Below, piece after piece: positions 1 to 7,607 of a stretch of DNA of 25,480 nt. The translations under genes were made by a program, and so were the position numbers. The number at the start of each line of letters is the position of its first letter. Position 1 is the stretch's first letter. The stretch lies in NCBI GenBank assembly GCA_043750125.1, contig JAYVCD010000064.1:1-25480 (forward strand), written 5' to 3'. The DNA comes from Archangiaceae bacterium. Its GTDB lineage: Bacteria > Myxococcota > Myxococcia > Myxococcales > Myxococcaceae. The notes beneath the pieces are model-generated. The model saw only the letters and a program-made list of their open reading frames with translations. It made no database searches and was not told the DNA's origin.

Positions 1-45
1 GGGAACGCACGCCGGGCTGTGCCCGGCAAGCTGTCCCCAGTTGCG

Positions 46-98
46 AGGTGGATCAGTTTCAGACCGCCAGGTGGATCACTTTCAAGCCGCCCGGATCA
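46..98. mobile_element. Probable terminus of an IS21-family insertion sequence (element body would lie left of the window)
   Basis: Two tandem 23-bp repeats, AGGTGGATCAGTTTCAGACCGCC (46-68) and AGGTGGATCACTTTCAAGCCGCC (69-91), 20/23 identical, followed by CGGATCA ending in CA at 97-98. IS21-family ends are TG...CA with tandem transposase-binding repeats. No transposase is visible in the window. Confidence 0.5.
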
Positions 99-152
99 CC
101 AACCGCCGACAGGTCTGCCATGTTCTGATAACCCGGGACCCGCAGACGATGA

Positions 153-578
153 ATGGAACCCGCACTCAACAGCCATTTTTTCTCGCTGTCCTTCGCCGCC
201 GAAGCCTCGGTGGACCACGGTCTGCTCGAACGCACCCTCACCCTCGCGCGCCCCGAGCTCGACGAGCTGTTCTCCGAATGGGCCGCACGGGGCCACGTGC
301 CGATTGTTGCCTTCGCGCAACCCCACGAGCTCACCGAGGGGATCTTGATTGAAGATCTCTCTTCCCCCGACGACGGCGATCCGGATGAAACGACGTTTCG
401 CGCGCAACATCAGGGCGGGCCTTGCAAAGTCGTTCTCCATCGTGCGCTTGAAATCTTTGGGTCCTTCGACCTGCATTTCCTGGTCACCGATCGTGTGCTC
501 GAAAGTGAGCTCGAGCCGATCCTCCAGGAAGTCTCGACGCTGCTGCTCAAGGCCCACCGAAAAGCCCGAGGGACGTAA
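153..578 (+). CDS. Hypothetical protein (141 aa)
   Basis: Protein-like composition (acidic, Leu-rich), unlike the Arg/Pro-rich overlapping ORFs; converges on the Cys-rich gene. No recognised motif. Confidence 0.55.
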   Translation: MEPALNSHFFSLSFAAEASVDHGLLERTLTLARPELDELFSEWAARGHVPIVAFAQPHELTEGILIEDLSSPDDGDPDETTFRAQHQGGPCKVVLHRALEIFGSFDLHFLVTDRVLESELEPILQEVSTLLLKAHRKARGT

Positions 579-637
579 GCACTTTCACGGTCCTCACTCC
601 CTGGCTGCAGGGGGCCTGGGTCCGGTGGCTCAGCAGC

Positions 638-3463
638 TCAATTGATCTGCGCAGTGCACACGCTGCTCACACACAAGTTTGATGCGCACTGCGAGCTGTT
701 CAGACAGGCGCCGCCGTTGGGAAGACCGCCCCCGCCGCAGACCCCGCTGGTGCACATCGACAAGATGCACTGCTGCGCCTGGGTGCAGATCGAACCATTC
801 GGCCGCCCGGCCTCGCAGATCCCTGTTGTGCAGAGTCCCGTGATGCACTGAACGTTGCTGGTGCAAGACGAGCCTCCGGGCAGACCCGACCGACACAGCC
901 CGTTGAGGCAAATGGCAGACGAGCACTGGTTGTTGGCGGTGCATACCGAGCCGTTCGGCTGAGGTCCTCCGCAGACACCGTTCTGGCACGTCTGCGAAGT
1001 GCACTGTCCGGCCGTGGTGCAGACCGAGCCATTGGGCCGAGGCGCCTCGCAGATCCCGTTGTTGCACAGGTTCGAATTGCACTGACTGTTCGAGGCGCAG
1101 GTCGAGCCGTTGGGCTGCGGCACATTACAGGTGCCGTTGATGCACATCGCCGAGCTGCACTGTCCGTTCGAAGTGCAGACCGAGCCATTGGGCTGCGGCA
1201 CATTGCAGGTCCCGTTGATGCACATCCCCGAGGAGCATTGTCCGTTCGAGCTGCACACCGAACCGTTCGGCTGAGGAACGTTGCAGATTCCATTGATGCA
1301 GAGGTTGGAGCTGCACTGACCTGCCGAGGTGCACGCCTGCCCATTGGGCCGGGGCGACTCGCAGATGCCGCTGATGCAGAGGTTCGAGCTGCACTGACCG
1401 GGCGAGGTGCACGGCTGCCCATTGGGCCGGGGCGATTCGCAGATGCCGCTGATGCAGAGGTTCGAGCTGCACTGACTGTTGCCTGCGCACGCCTGGCCAT
1501 TGGGTCGCGGCGCTTCACAGATGCCGACGATGCATTGGCCCGAGCTGCACTGCCCGTTGACCGTGCACGCCTGCCCGTTGGGCCGCGGCGCTTCGCACAG
1601 ACCGTTGGTGCACAAGTTCGAGGTGCAGTGCGAGTTGATCGCGCACGGCTGACCGTTGGGCCGCACGTTGTTGCAGATCCCCACGATGCACATCTGAGAA
1701 GTGCACCCACCATTGGTCATGCACACTGAGCCGTTTGGACCTGGCGTCTCGCAGATGCCGCTGATGCACGTCTTCGAGCTGCACTGGCCGCTCGAAGTGC
1801 AGGGTTGGCCATTGGACCGCGGCGCCTCACAGATCCCATTGGTGCAAAGAGCCGAGTTGCACTGGCCGCCCGTGCTGCACGGCTGGCCATTGGCTCGCGG
1901 CGCCTCGCAAATGCCGCTGGTGCAAAGACGCGACGCGCAGTGGCTTTGCGAAGTGCAAGGAGCGCCGGTCGGGCCGTTAGACTGCGGGACTGCGCAGGTG
2001 CCGTTGAAGCACACCAGCGAGCTGCACTGTCCACCGAGCGTGCAGGCCGAGCCCTTGGGCCGGGGCGTCTCGCAGATTCCGTTGACGCAGTTGTTCGCGC
2101 TGCATTGGCCCGACGCGGTGCACATCGCGCCATTGACCCGCGGCATTTCGCAGATTCCCGCGAAGCAGAGGTTCGAGCTGCACTGGCCATTCGAAGCACA
2201 CGGTTGGCCATTCATCCGCGGTGCCTCACAGATGCCACTGATGCACAAGTGCGAGCTGCATTGACTGTTCGCCGCGCACATCTGACCGTTCGGTCGGGGC
2301 GCTTCGCAAATACCGTTGATGCAGAGGTTCGAGCTGCACTGGCCATTCGACGCGCAGGGCTTGCCATTGACCTGCGGCGATTCGCAGATGCCGCTGATGC
2401 AGAGGTTCGAGCTGCACTCGCCGTTCGCCGCACAGGTCTTGCCGTTCACCCGCGGCACTTCGCAGATGCCACTGATGCACAGCTTCGAGCTGCACAGGAC
2501 ATTCGACGTGCAGGGCGAGCCGTTGGGTCGGGGCACTTCGCAGATCCCATTGCTGCAGATGCCTGCGGCGCAGCCGGTGCTGGTCGAGGGGGGAAGACCC
2601 GGGGTGGGCGTGTTCGAAGGCTCGCAGCTGTTGCTCTTGCAGGCTCCCGACGCGCACTGCGATGAACGAGAACAGTCTGCGCCGTCGGGCAGACTGACCG
2701 ACGGCGTCGAGGGCTGACAACTTCCGTTCACGCAGCTGAGCGATGCGCACTCGTCCATCACGGTGCACTGCGAGCCATTGGGCAACGTCGGAAGGCACGA
2801 GCCCCCCGAACAGCGGCCCGACGCGCATTCCGAGCCCGCGGCGCAGGTCGAGCCGTTCGCTTTGGGTGCTCCGCAGATTCCGGCCAGGCACGAGCCTGAA
2901 GCGCACTGTCCGGGGGCCGCGCACGGCGAACCGTCCGGAAGCGCACTCGAGCACTTGCCGAGGTTACAGAGAAACGAGGTGCATTCGGCGGCGTTGGTAC
3001 AGGGAGCTCCAATCGGCTGGGCGGACACGCAGGCCCCGCTCACGCACCGGCCCGACGCGCATTGAATCGCGTGGATGCAGGCTGTTCCCGCGGGGAAGGA
3101 AGCGGCACAGGGCGCTCCGTTCGGCTGGCCCGGGTTGGTGGAAGGATTGGTCGAAGGGTTCGTGCTGCTGCTTGGCGCGGTACAGCTTCCGGCCACGCAG
3201 CTGTGCGAGGCACAGTCGAGATCAGCGGTGCAGCTCATTCCACCGCCCAGGCCCGGCACGTCGCCCTGACAGTGGCCCGCCCTACAGACGCCCGAGTTGC
3301 AGGTGGCATCGGAGGCGCACGGGCTTCCCGCCCCGTTCTTGAATTCGCCAATCTGCGCGATCGAGCCGCAGCCACATCCCGTTGAAAACACCGCTGCGCT
3401 CGCGAGCAGCAAGGTGCAAACCAATCGGGTCAGGGGGGTGGTGCGGGACTCTTTTCGACACAT
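638..3463 (-). CDS. Large cysteine-rich tandem-repeat protein, putative lipoprotein (941 aa)
   Basis: ATG at 3463 preceded by a GAGGT RBS. The N-terminus has a basic region, a hydrophobic stretch (LVCTLLLASAAVF) and lipobox-like STGC. The rest is 32 complete C-x5-C-x4-C-x4-C repeats plus 2 partial ones; about 136 Cys. Confidence 0.85.
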   Translation of the reverse strand: MCRKESRTTPLTRLVCTLLLASAAVFSTGCGCGSIAQIGEFKNGAGSPCASDATCNSGVCRAGHCQGDVPGLGGGMSCTADLDCASHSCVAGSCTAPSSSTNPSTNPSTNPGQPNGAPCAASFPAGTACIHAIQCASGRCVSGACVSAQPIGAPCTNAAECTSFLCNLGKCSSALPDGSPCAAPGQCASGSCLAGICGAPKANGSTCAAGSECASGRCSGGSCLPTLPNGSQCTVMDECASLSCVNGSCQPSTPSVSLPDGADCSRSSQCASGACKSNSCEPSNTPTPGLPPSTSTGCAAGICSNGICEVPRPNGSPCTSNVLCSSKLCISGICEVPRVNGKTCAANGECSSNLCISGICESPQVNGKPCASNGQCSSNLCINGICEAPRPNGQMCAANSQCSSHLCISGICEAPRMNGQPCASNGQCSSNLCFAGICEMPRVNGAMCTASGQCSANNCVNGICETPRPKGSACTLGGQCSSLVCFNGTCAVPQSNGPTGAPCTSQSHCASRLCTSGICEAPRANGQPCSTGGQCNSALCTNGICEAPRSNGQPCTSSGQCSSKTCISGICETPGPNGSVCMTNGGCTSQMCIVGICNNVRPNGQPCAINSHCTSNLCTNGLCEAPRPNGQACTVNGQCSSGQCIVGICEAPRPNGQACAGNSQCSSNLCISGICESPRPNGQPCTSPGQCSSNLCISGICESPRPNGQACTSAGQCSSNLCINGICNVPQPNGSVCSSNGQCSSGMCINGTCNVPQPNGSVCTSNGQCSSAMCINGTCNVPQPNGSTCASNSQCNSNLCNNGICEAPRPNGSVCTTAGQCTSQTCQNGVCGGPQPNGSVCTANNQCSSAICLNGLCRSGLPGGSSCTSNVQCITGLCTTGICEAGRPNGSICTQAQQCILSMCTSGVCGGGGLPNGGACLNSSQCASNLCVSSVCTAQIN
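641..3331 (-). repeat. Intragenic tandem array, 78-bp / 26-aa unit (consensus PNGQPCTSNGQCSSNLCISGICEAPR)
   Basis: Counted from the translation: 24 regular units at 641-2527 and 8 more divergent units toward the N-terminus. A short (STNP)x3 linker lies near 3132-3167. Confidence 0.95.
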
Positions 3464-3502
3464 GGGGAACCTCGGAAGGGCGCCGACTCTTGCTGCGGGC
3501 AA

Positions 3503-3518
3503 GGCAAGGCGCACGCCA
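3503..3518 (-). promoter_or_regulatory. Putative sigma54 (-24/-12) promoter of the Cys-repeat gene
   Basis: Minus strand reads TGGCGT-GCGCC-TTGCC (GG-N10-GC; consensus TGGCAC-N5-TTGCW). Predicted +1 is near 3492, about 30 nt before the ATG at 3463. Confidence 0.6.
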
Positions 3519-3657
3519 CGTCCAACCCCTTGGTGTCACGCGGGTAGTTCGTCAGCCCGGCCTGTTTCGGTCGCGCGGGCGCACGCCAGCTGTGGACTGA
3601 CGGCTTCTACGCGGACGTTCCTGTTCTTTGCAGAGAGCTCCGAATACAGACCCGATC

Positions 3658-3995
3658 ATGGCGCTCGAGATCTTGCCGGGACCCCTCGTCTGATTGATTC
3701 CGTGATGGCGCTCGTCGCCGCTGGCCGCGCGCGAGCTCTACCTCGCCGAGCGTGAGGGGCACCGGGTCGGGATGTTCGTGCTCAACGGGCAGCAGGATCC
3801 CGAGTACTCAGAAGTCGCCTGGGCCCTGCCTGGCCCCGTCGCGGTAGTTCATCGCTTGATGATCCACCCCACCGCGCAGCAGCAGGGGCTTGCACAACAG
3901 TTGATGGCGTTCGCCGAAAACCGCGCCCTCGAGCTCGGTCGTCCACCTTTCGCAAAGGGTTGTTTCACTGTTACGAAAAATCGCTTCAGCCCTGA
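3658..3995 (+). pseudogene. Fragmented GNAT-family N-acetyltransferase
   Basis: GNAT-like pieces in changing frames: MALEILPG (3658) / TPRLIDSVMALVA / LAARELYLAEREGHRVGMFVLNGQQDPEY...VVHRLMIHPTAQQQGLAQQLMAFAENRALELG (motif A, Q-x-x-G-x-A) / FRKGLFHCYEKSLQP-stop (TGA 3993-3995). The intervening segments, including the usual N-x-x-A-x-x-L-Y-x-x-x-G-Y region, are missing. Confidence 0.7.
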
Positions 3996-4110
3996 ACGGT
4001 TTGTCCGCCCCGGGGAGGCCTGGCGCAACCCCTGCGCTCGGCTTCGTGAACCTTCAGGGCTCAGCCGAAGGTCTGCCCTTTGCAGCCGTCACGCGCGGGA
4101 GGAGCACCGC

Positions 4111-4530
4111 ATGGACCTGCAATTTTACCGGGAATCGGTTCAGCAGCACGGCGTGGGTTCCACGTTGATGTACGCCGCCTATCGCGCCGCCAATCAACTC
4201 GCCAAGGTCGCCTACTGGAACGCCCTGGCGGTCACCCTCGATCGCGTCGACCCTTCGATTGTCGAAGCGGTGCCGGGCGCCAACAGCAAGATGCTCAAAG
4301 CCGAACAGCTTCTTCCCTGCGTCGACGACCCTGAGAGCCACCTGACCCGCGAAGGGCTCAAAGGCATCGTCTCGTATGTGGACGCCACCAACTTCGCTTC
4401 GCTGAAGTCTTGCTACCGCATGGGTTACCAGACGTTTGGACCCCTCGCGGTGTTGAAAATTGGCGGCCGTTTCGTCTGTCGAGCGACGCCCAGCTGCAAG
4501 GCCCACGACTTCCGGGTCGCCGCGTTTTAA
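4111..4530 (+). CDS. GNAT-like protein (139 aa), probably internally deleted
   Basis: Strong RBS GGAGGAG before ATG 4111. It has a GNAT motif-B-like C-terminus (SYVDATNFASLKSCYRMGY) but no acetyl-CoA-binding motif A. Confidence 0.65.
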   Translation: MDLQFYRESVQQHGVGSTLMYAAYRAANQLAKVAYWNALAVTLDRVDPSIVEAVPGANSKMLKAEQLLPCVDDPESHLTREGLKGIVSYVDATNFASLKSCYRMGYQTFGPLAVLKIGGRFVCRATPSCKAHDFRVAAF

Positions 4531-5466
4531 TCAGCGGAAATTTGGCTTGCCCATGAAGCCCGTCAGCCGGCCCAGACGCCAGTTGGGATCCTTGGGGTCG
4601 CTTCCCACCGCTGACAAGGCACTGCCAATGAGGCCCAGCCGCTTTTGAAATTCCGCATCGGGCTTGAAGCGCACTTCGAAGTTGGGCTCTGCGTACGCAA
4701 GCGCCTTCGCCAGCTTGATTGTTCCGGTGATGCCGACTTCGAGATCGCTGCTCTTGCCGCGAAACTCTTCAATCGTGCCGGCGCCTTTGTCGAACTTCAT
4801 TTTTCCGACGATGTCCCCGAAGACAATTTTCGGCAGGTCCAGCGGAGTCGGCTCGGCTCCATACATCGGAATCACCACGTTCGCCGTGCCACCGTTGATG
4901 GAAACTCCCTTCGTCTCGAGCACGATGTTGCCGGTCGCCCCGCCGAGGTCCGGCTCGGAAGGCCCGCCGCCCACTGAGATGCGCGGCATCGTCAACGACG
5001 CGTTCAAACCTACGATTCCGCTGAAGTCGATGCCGGTGAAGCCCTTCAGGTTGCCCTTCGAAAGATCCACGTCGTCGGCGTCGATCTTCACGCTGATGTT
5101 GGTGAGCCCTCCAACCTTCCCTGAAACCGAGCCGCCAAAGGCCTTGGCTGAGAAAGCCACTCCGGGAGGAAACAGCGCCGGGCCCACCGACACCGAGTCG
5201 AGCTGCAACGCCTCGGGCGGCTTTTCGTCGGCTGCGCCGGTGGGCTTCTTGCTGATCTTCACATCAGAACCGCGCAGCGTGAAGAAGCCGGGCCCCAGCG
5301 AGCCGATGCGAAGGACATACCCCGCGTTGTCGGCCTCGATGCGCAGCCGCTCTTTGAGCGTCTCGTACGGGAAGGTCAGGAAGAGCGCGGTGATCAGCGC
5401 AAAAAGGCTGAACGCGCTGTAGCCCGCGATGCGCTTCCAGAGGGCAATTTTTTTCTCGTCGGCCAT
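4531..5466 (-). CDS. gspN: Type II secretion system protein GspN (311 aa)
   Basis: Last gene of the cluster, after gspM. Single N-terminal TM followed by LTFPY, then a Gly-rich beta-strand periplasmic domain. Confidence 0.85.
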   Translation of the reverse strand: MADEKKIALWKRIAGYSAFSLFALITALFLTFPYETLKERLRIEADNAGYVLRIGSLGPGFFTLRGSDVKISKKPTGAADEKPPEALQLDSVSVGPALFPPGVAFSAKAFGGSVSGKVGGLTNISVKIDADDVDLSKGNLKGFTGIDFSGIVGLNASLTMPRISVGGGPSEPDLGGATGNIVLETKGVSINGGTANVVIPMYGAEPTPLDLPKIVFGDIVGKMKFDKGAGTIEEFRGKSSDLEVGITGTIKLAKALAYAEPNFEVRFKPDAEFQKRLGLIGSALSAVGSDPKDPNWRLGRLTGFMGKPNFR

Positions 5467-5469
5467 CGG

Positions 5470-6021
5470 TCAGTTCTTGGTGTGGTAGGTGGCAACGACG
5501 ACCCAGGCGGTCAGCGTCTCGTCTTTGACCCGCGGCTCGATGCGCAGGTACTTCACTTTCACGACCCCGGGCCCGGCCTCGACCGACGAAAGAAAGTCGA
5601 CCAGGCGGTTGAGGGCTACGTCCGTGAGGGTGAACTCGGCTGCGCTCTCGACAATCTTGTCCCCCTCGAGCGTCACGTCGGCCTTGGGGTTGATGCTGGG
5701 AATGGTGAGGCCCGCCTTGTTGCCCTTGTCTTCGAGGTAGCTGATCAGCCGCACGTTGCTCGCGGCCAGCCGCTGTTCCATCGCTTCCTGCACGCTCTTC
5801 GCATCGCGGTAGGTCGCCGCCAGGTCCTGCACTTCTTCCAGGCGCGCCAACTTGCTCTGGGTACGGGTTCGAATCGCAGTCGCGCTCGACGAGAAGCTCC
5901 AGGTGACGAGGACCACCACGAAGAGGCTGACCAACGCGCCACCGATCATCACCATCTGCCGTTCGCGCAGCGAGAGCGTGGCAAACGAGCCCTGCAGATT
6001 GTTGAGCAATTGGCGGAGCAT
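5470..6021 (-). CDS. gspM: Type II secretion system protein GspM (183 aa)
   Basis: LSLRERQMV motif before a single TM, then a coiled coil and a ferredoxin-like C-terminus (LNRLVDFLSSVE). Start overlaps the gspL stop (TGATG). Confidence 0.85.
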   Translation of the reverse strand: MLRQLLNNLQGSFATLSLRERQMVMIGGALVSLFVVVLVTWSFSSSATAIRTRTQSKLARLEEVQDLAATYRDAKSVQEAMEQRLAASNVRLISYLEDKGNKAGLTIPSINPKADVTLEGDKIVESAAEFTLTDVALNRLVDFLSSVEAGPGVVKVKYLRIEPRVKDETLTAWVVVATYHTKN

Positions 6022-7607
6022 CAGGTCGTCCCCTCATCAGGACAGCTGACCTGCACATCGAGCCGGAAGTTGACCTTGGTCCCGTCCTTGCTTTTTTCGA
6101 TCTTTCCTTCCTTCACTTCCTTGAAGCACTTGAAGGTCTTCAGCGCGGCGATCAGGTCTTCCATCTGCTTGGTGGTGTTGGCCTCGCAGCGAACGCCGAT
6201 GCGATCCAGATCCACCACGATCTGCTCGATCGTCACCGGAATGTCCGCGGGAATGTGGCTGGTCAGCTCGGCGAGCAGGTTCACCGCGCTGCGGCGGGGC
6301 ACCACTGCGGCGGGGCTCTCTTTGCCCTTGAGCAGGTTCAGCGCCTTGTCGAAGTTCTTCTCGCACGTGCCGAGCACCCGTTGGGTCACATCACACAGCT
6401 GTTGGTCGACCTGCTTCTCGCGCCGCTCGAGCACCGTGTTGCGCACGATGCCTCCGGCGATCAACAGCACCAGCAGGATCAGGGCGAAGGTGACCAGCTG
6501 GCCGACCTTCTCGCGCACGAAGTCGAAGTCGCTCTTGAAGGCGAGCTCACCCCGGCGAAGGTTGAACCGAGGAGCCTTGGCTCCGGTCGCGTGGCCTCTC
6601 AAGGCCAGCGCGAAGGCCTGGGCGGCGGTCGCGCCGTAGGGCCCGATCGCCTCTTTGGTTTCGTCCGGCAACGGCAGCCGCTGCACCGGCAGGCCCAGAT
6701 CTTTCGACAGCTGCTCGTCGAGCCCCATCAGCAGCGAACTACCGCCGCAAATGAAGACCTTCTCAATCGTGCGGCGGGTCTTCGCGGTGTACGCCTTGAG
6801 CGTCGGTCGCAGCTCACGCAGCAACGGCTGCATTCCGCGCACGAAACAGGCGGCGGCGCGCTCGGCATCGCCCCCCACTCCGACCGCAGCGTCACCGACC
6901 GCGCCATGGACCTCTTTCCACTTCTCAGCCTCGGCGAAAGGAATCTTGAACTCGTTGGCCAACGCGCGCGTGAACGCCGCGCCGCCCCCGGTGAAGGTGC
7001 GGGCGTGCTCGATGCCCTGACCTGGGCGACCCACCGCGACGCAGACCCGCTCGTGGCCGAGGTCGACGATCGCGACCGCGCCTTGCGGATTTTCGGGAAG
7101 GTCATGGGCGGGCAGGGCCCCGAGCAGGCTTTGGTAGACCAGGCCGGGGTGGCTCACGATCCGCGGCTCGATCTTCGCTTCCTTCAGTGACGCCAGCAGC
7201 GCCTCGAGCTCGACCTTCTTCACCACCCCAACCATCAGCTGGGTGCCTTTGTCGTCGGTCGATGCCACCTGGTAGTCCCAGACCGCCTGGGACAAATCGA
7301 ACGGCAGCTGGCTCTCGACCTCGAAGGCGAGCGCTGCTTCGATCTTCTTTGGGTCCGAGAACGGCATCACCAGTTGGTGGGTCGCCAGCGACGGCCCCGG
7401 CAGTGAGACCACCACCGTGTCGGCGGCGAACGGCCCCTTCGAATACAGCTCGGGCAGCGCCGCGCGAATGCGATCCACCAGCGGCGTCGCGCCCTCTGCC
7501 ACCCGCACTTCAGCGAACGCCTGGGTGGAATAGCCGCGAAGGTTGGTCTCGAGCACCACCGCCTTCACGCTGTAGCTGCCCAGATCCAAGCCCAGGACTC
7601 TGGCCAT
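6021..7607 (-). CDS. gspL: Type II secretion system protein GspL, PilM/PilN-like fusion (528 aa)
   Basis: Start at 7607 (GGAGGAA RBS; TAATG overlap with gspK). Actin-fold motifs LGLDLGSYSVK, IVDLG and ICGGSS; FNLR linker, a TM and a periplasmic domain. Confidence 0.88.
   Translation of the reverse strand: MARVLGLDLGSYSVKAVVLETNLRGYSTQAFAEVRVAEGATPLVDRIRAALPELYSKGPFAADTVVVSLPGPSLATHQLVMPFSDPKKIEAALAFEVESQLPFDLSQAVWDYQVASTDDKGTQLMVGVVKKVELEALLASLKEAKIEPRIVSHPGLVYQSLLGALPAHDLPENPQGAVAIVDLGHERVCVAVGRPGQGIEHARTFTGGGAAFTRALANEFKIPFAEAEKWKEVHGAVGDAAVGVGGDAERAAACFVRGMQPLLRELRPTLKAYTAKTRRTIEKVFICGGSSLLMGLDEQLSKDLGLPVQRLPLPDETKEAIGPYGATAAQAFALALRGHATGAKAPRFNLRRGELAFKSDFDFVREKVGQLVTFALILLVLLIAGGIVRNTVLERREKQVDQQLCDVTQRVLGTCEKNFDKALNLLKGKESPAAVVPRRSAVNLLAELTSHIPADIPVTIEQIVVDLDRIGVRCEANTTKQMEDLIAALKTFKCFKEVKEGKIEKSKDGTKVNFRLDVQVSCPDEGTT

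Noticed and set aside
641-2527. Periodic repeats as a CRISPR array
   Set aside because: The period is a multiple of 3 with wobble-position variation, there is no invariant repeat/unique spacer structure, and there are no cas genes.
630-3385. Many overlapping repetitive ORFs on both strands (e.g. 700-1713, 1701-2264, 1805-2665)
   Set aside because: Shadow frames of the 78-bp coding repeat in high-GC DNA.
4021-4036. Fourth sigma54 motif TGGCGC-AACCC-CTGCG before ATG 4111
   Set aside because: GG-N10-GC spacing is right but TTGC is lacking; too likely by chance at this GC content.
3772-4530. 252-aa ORF as a single gene
   Set aside because: It joins a GNAT pseudogene fragment, intergenic sequence and a separate gene that has its own RBS and ATG at 4111.
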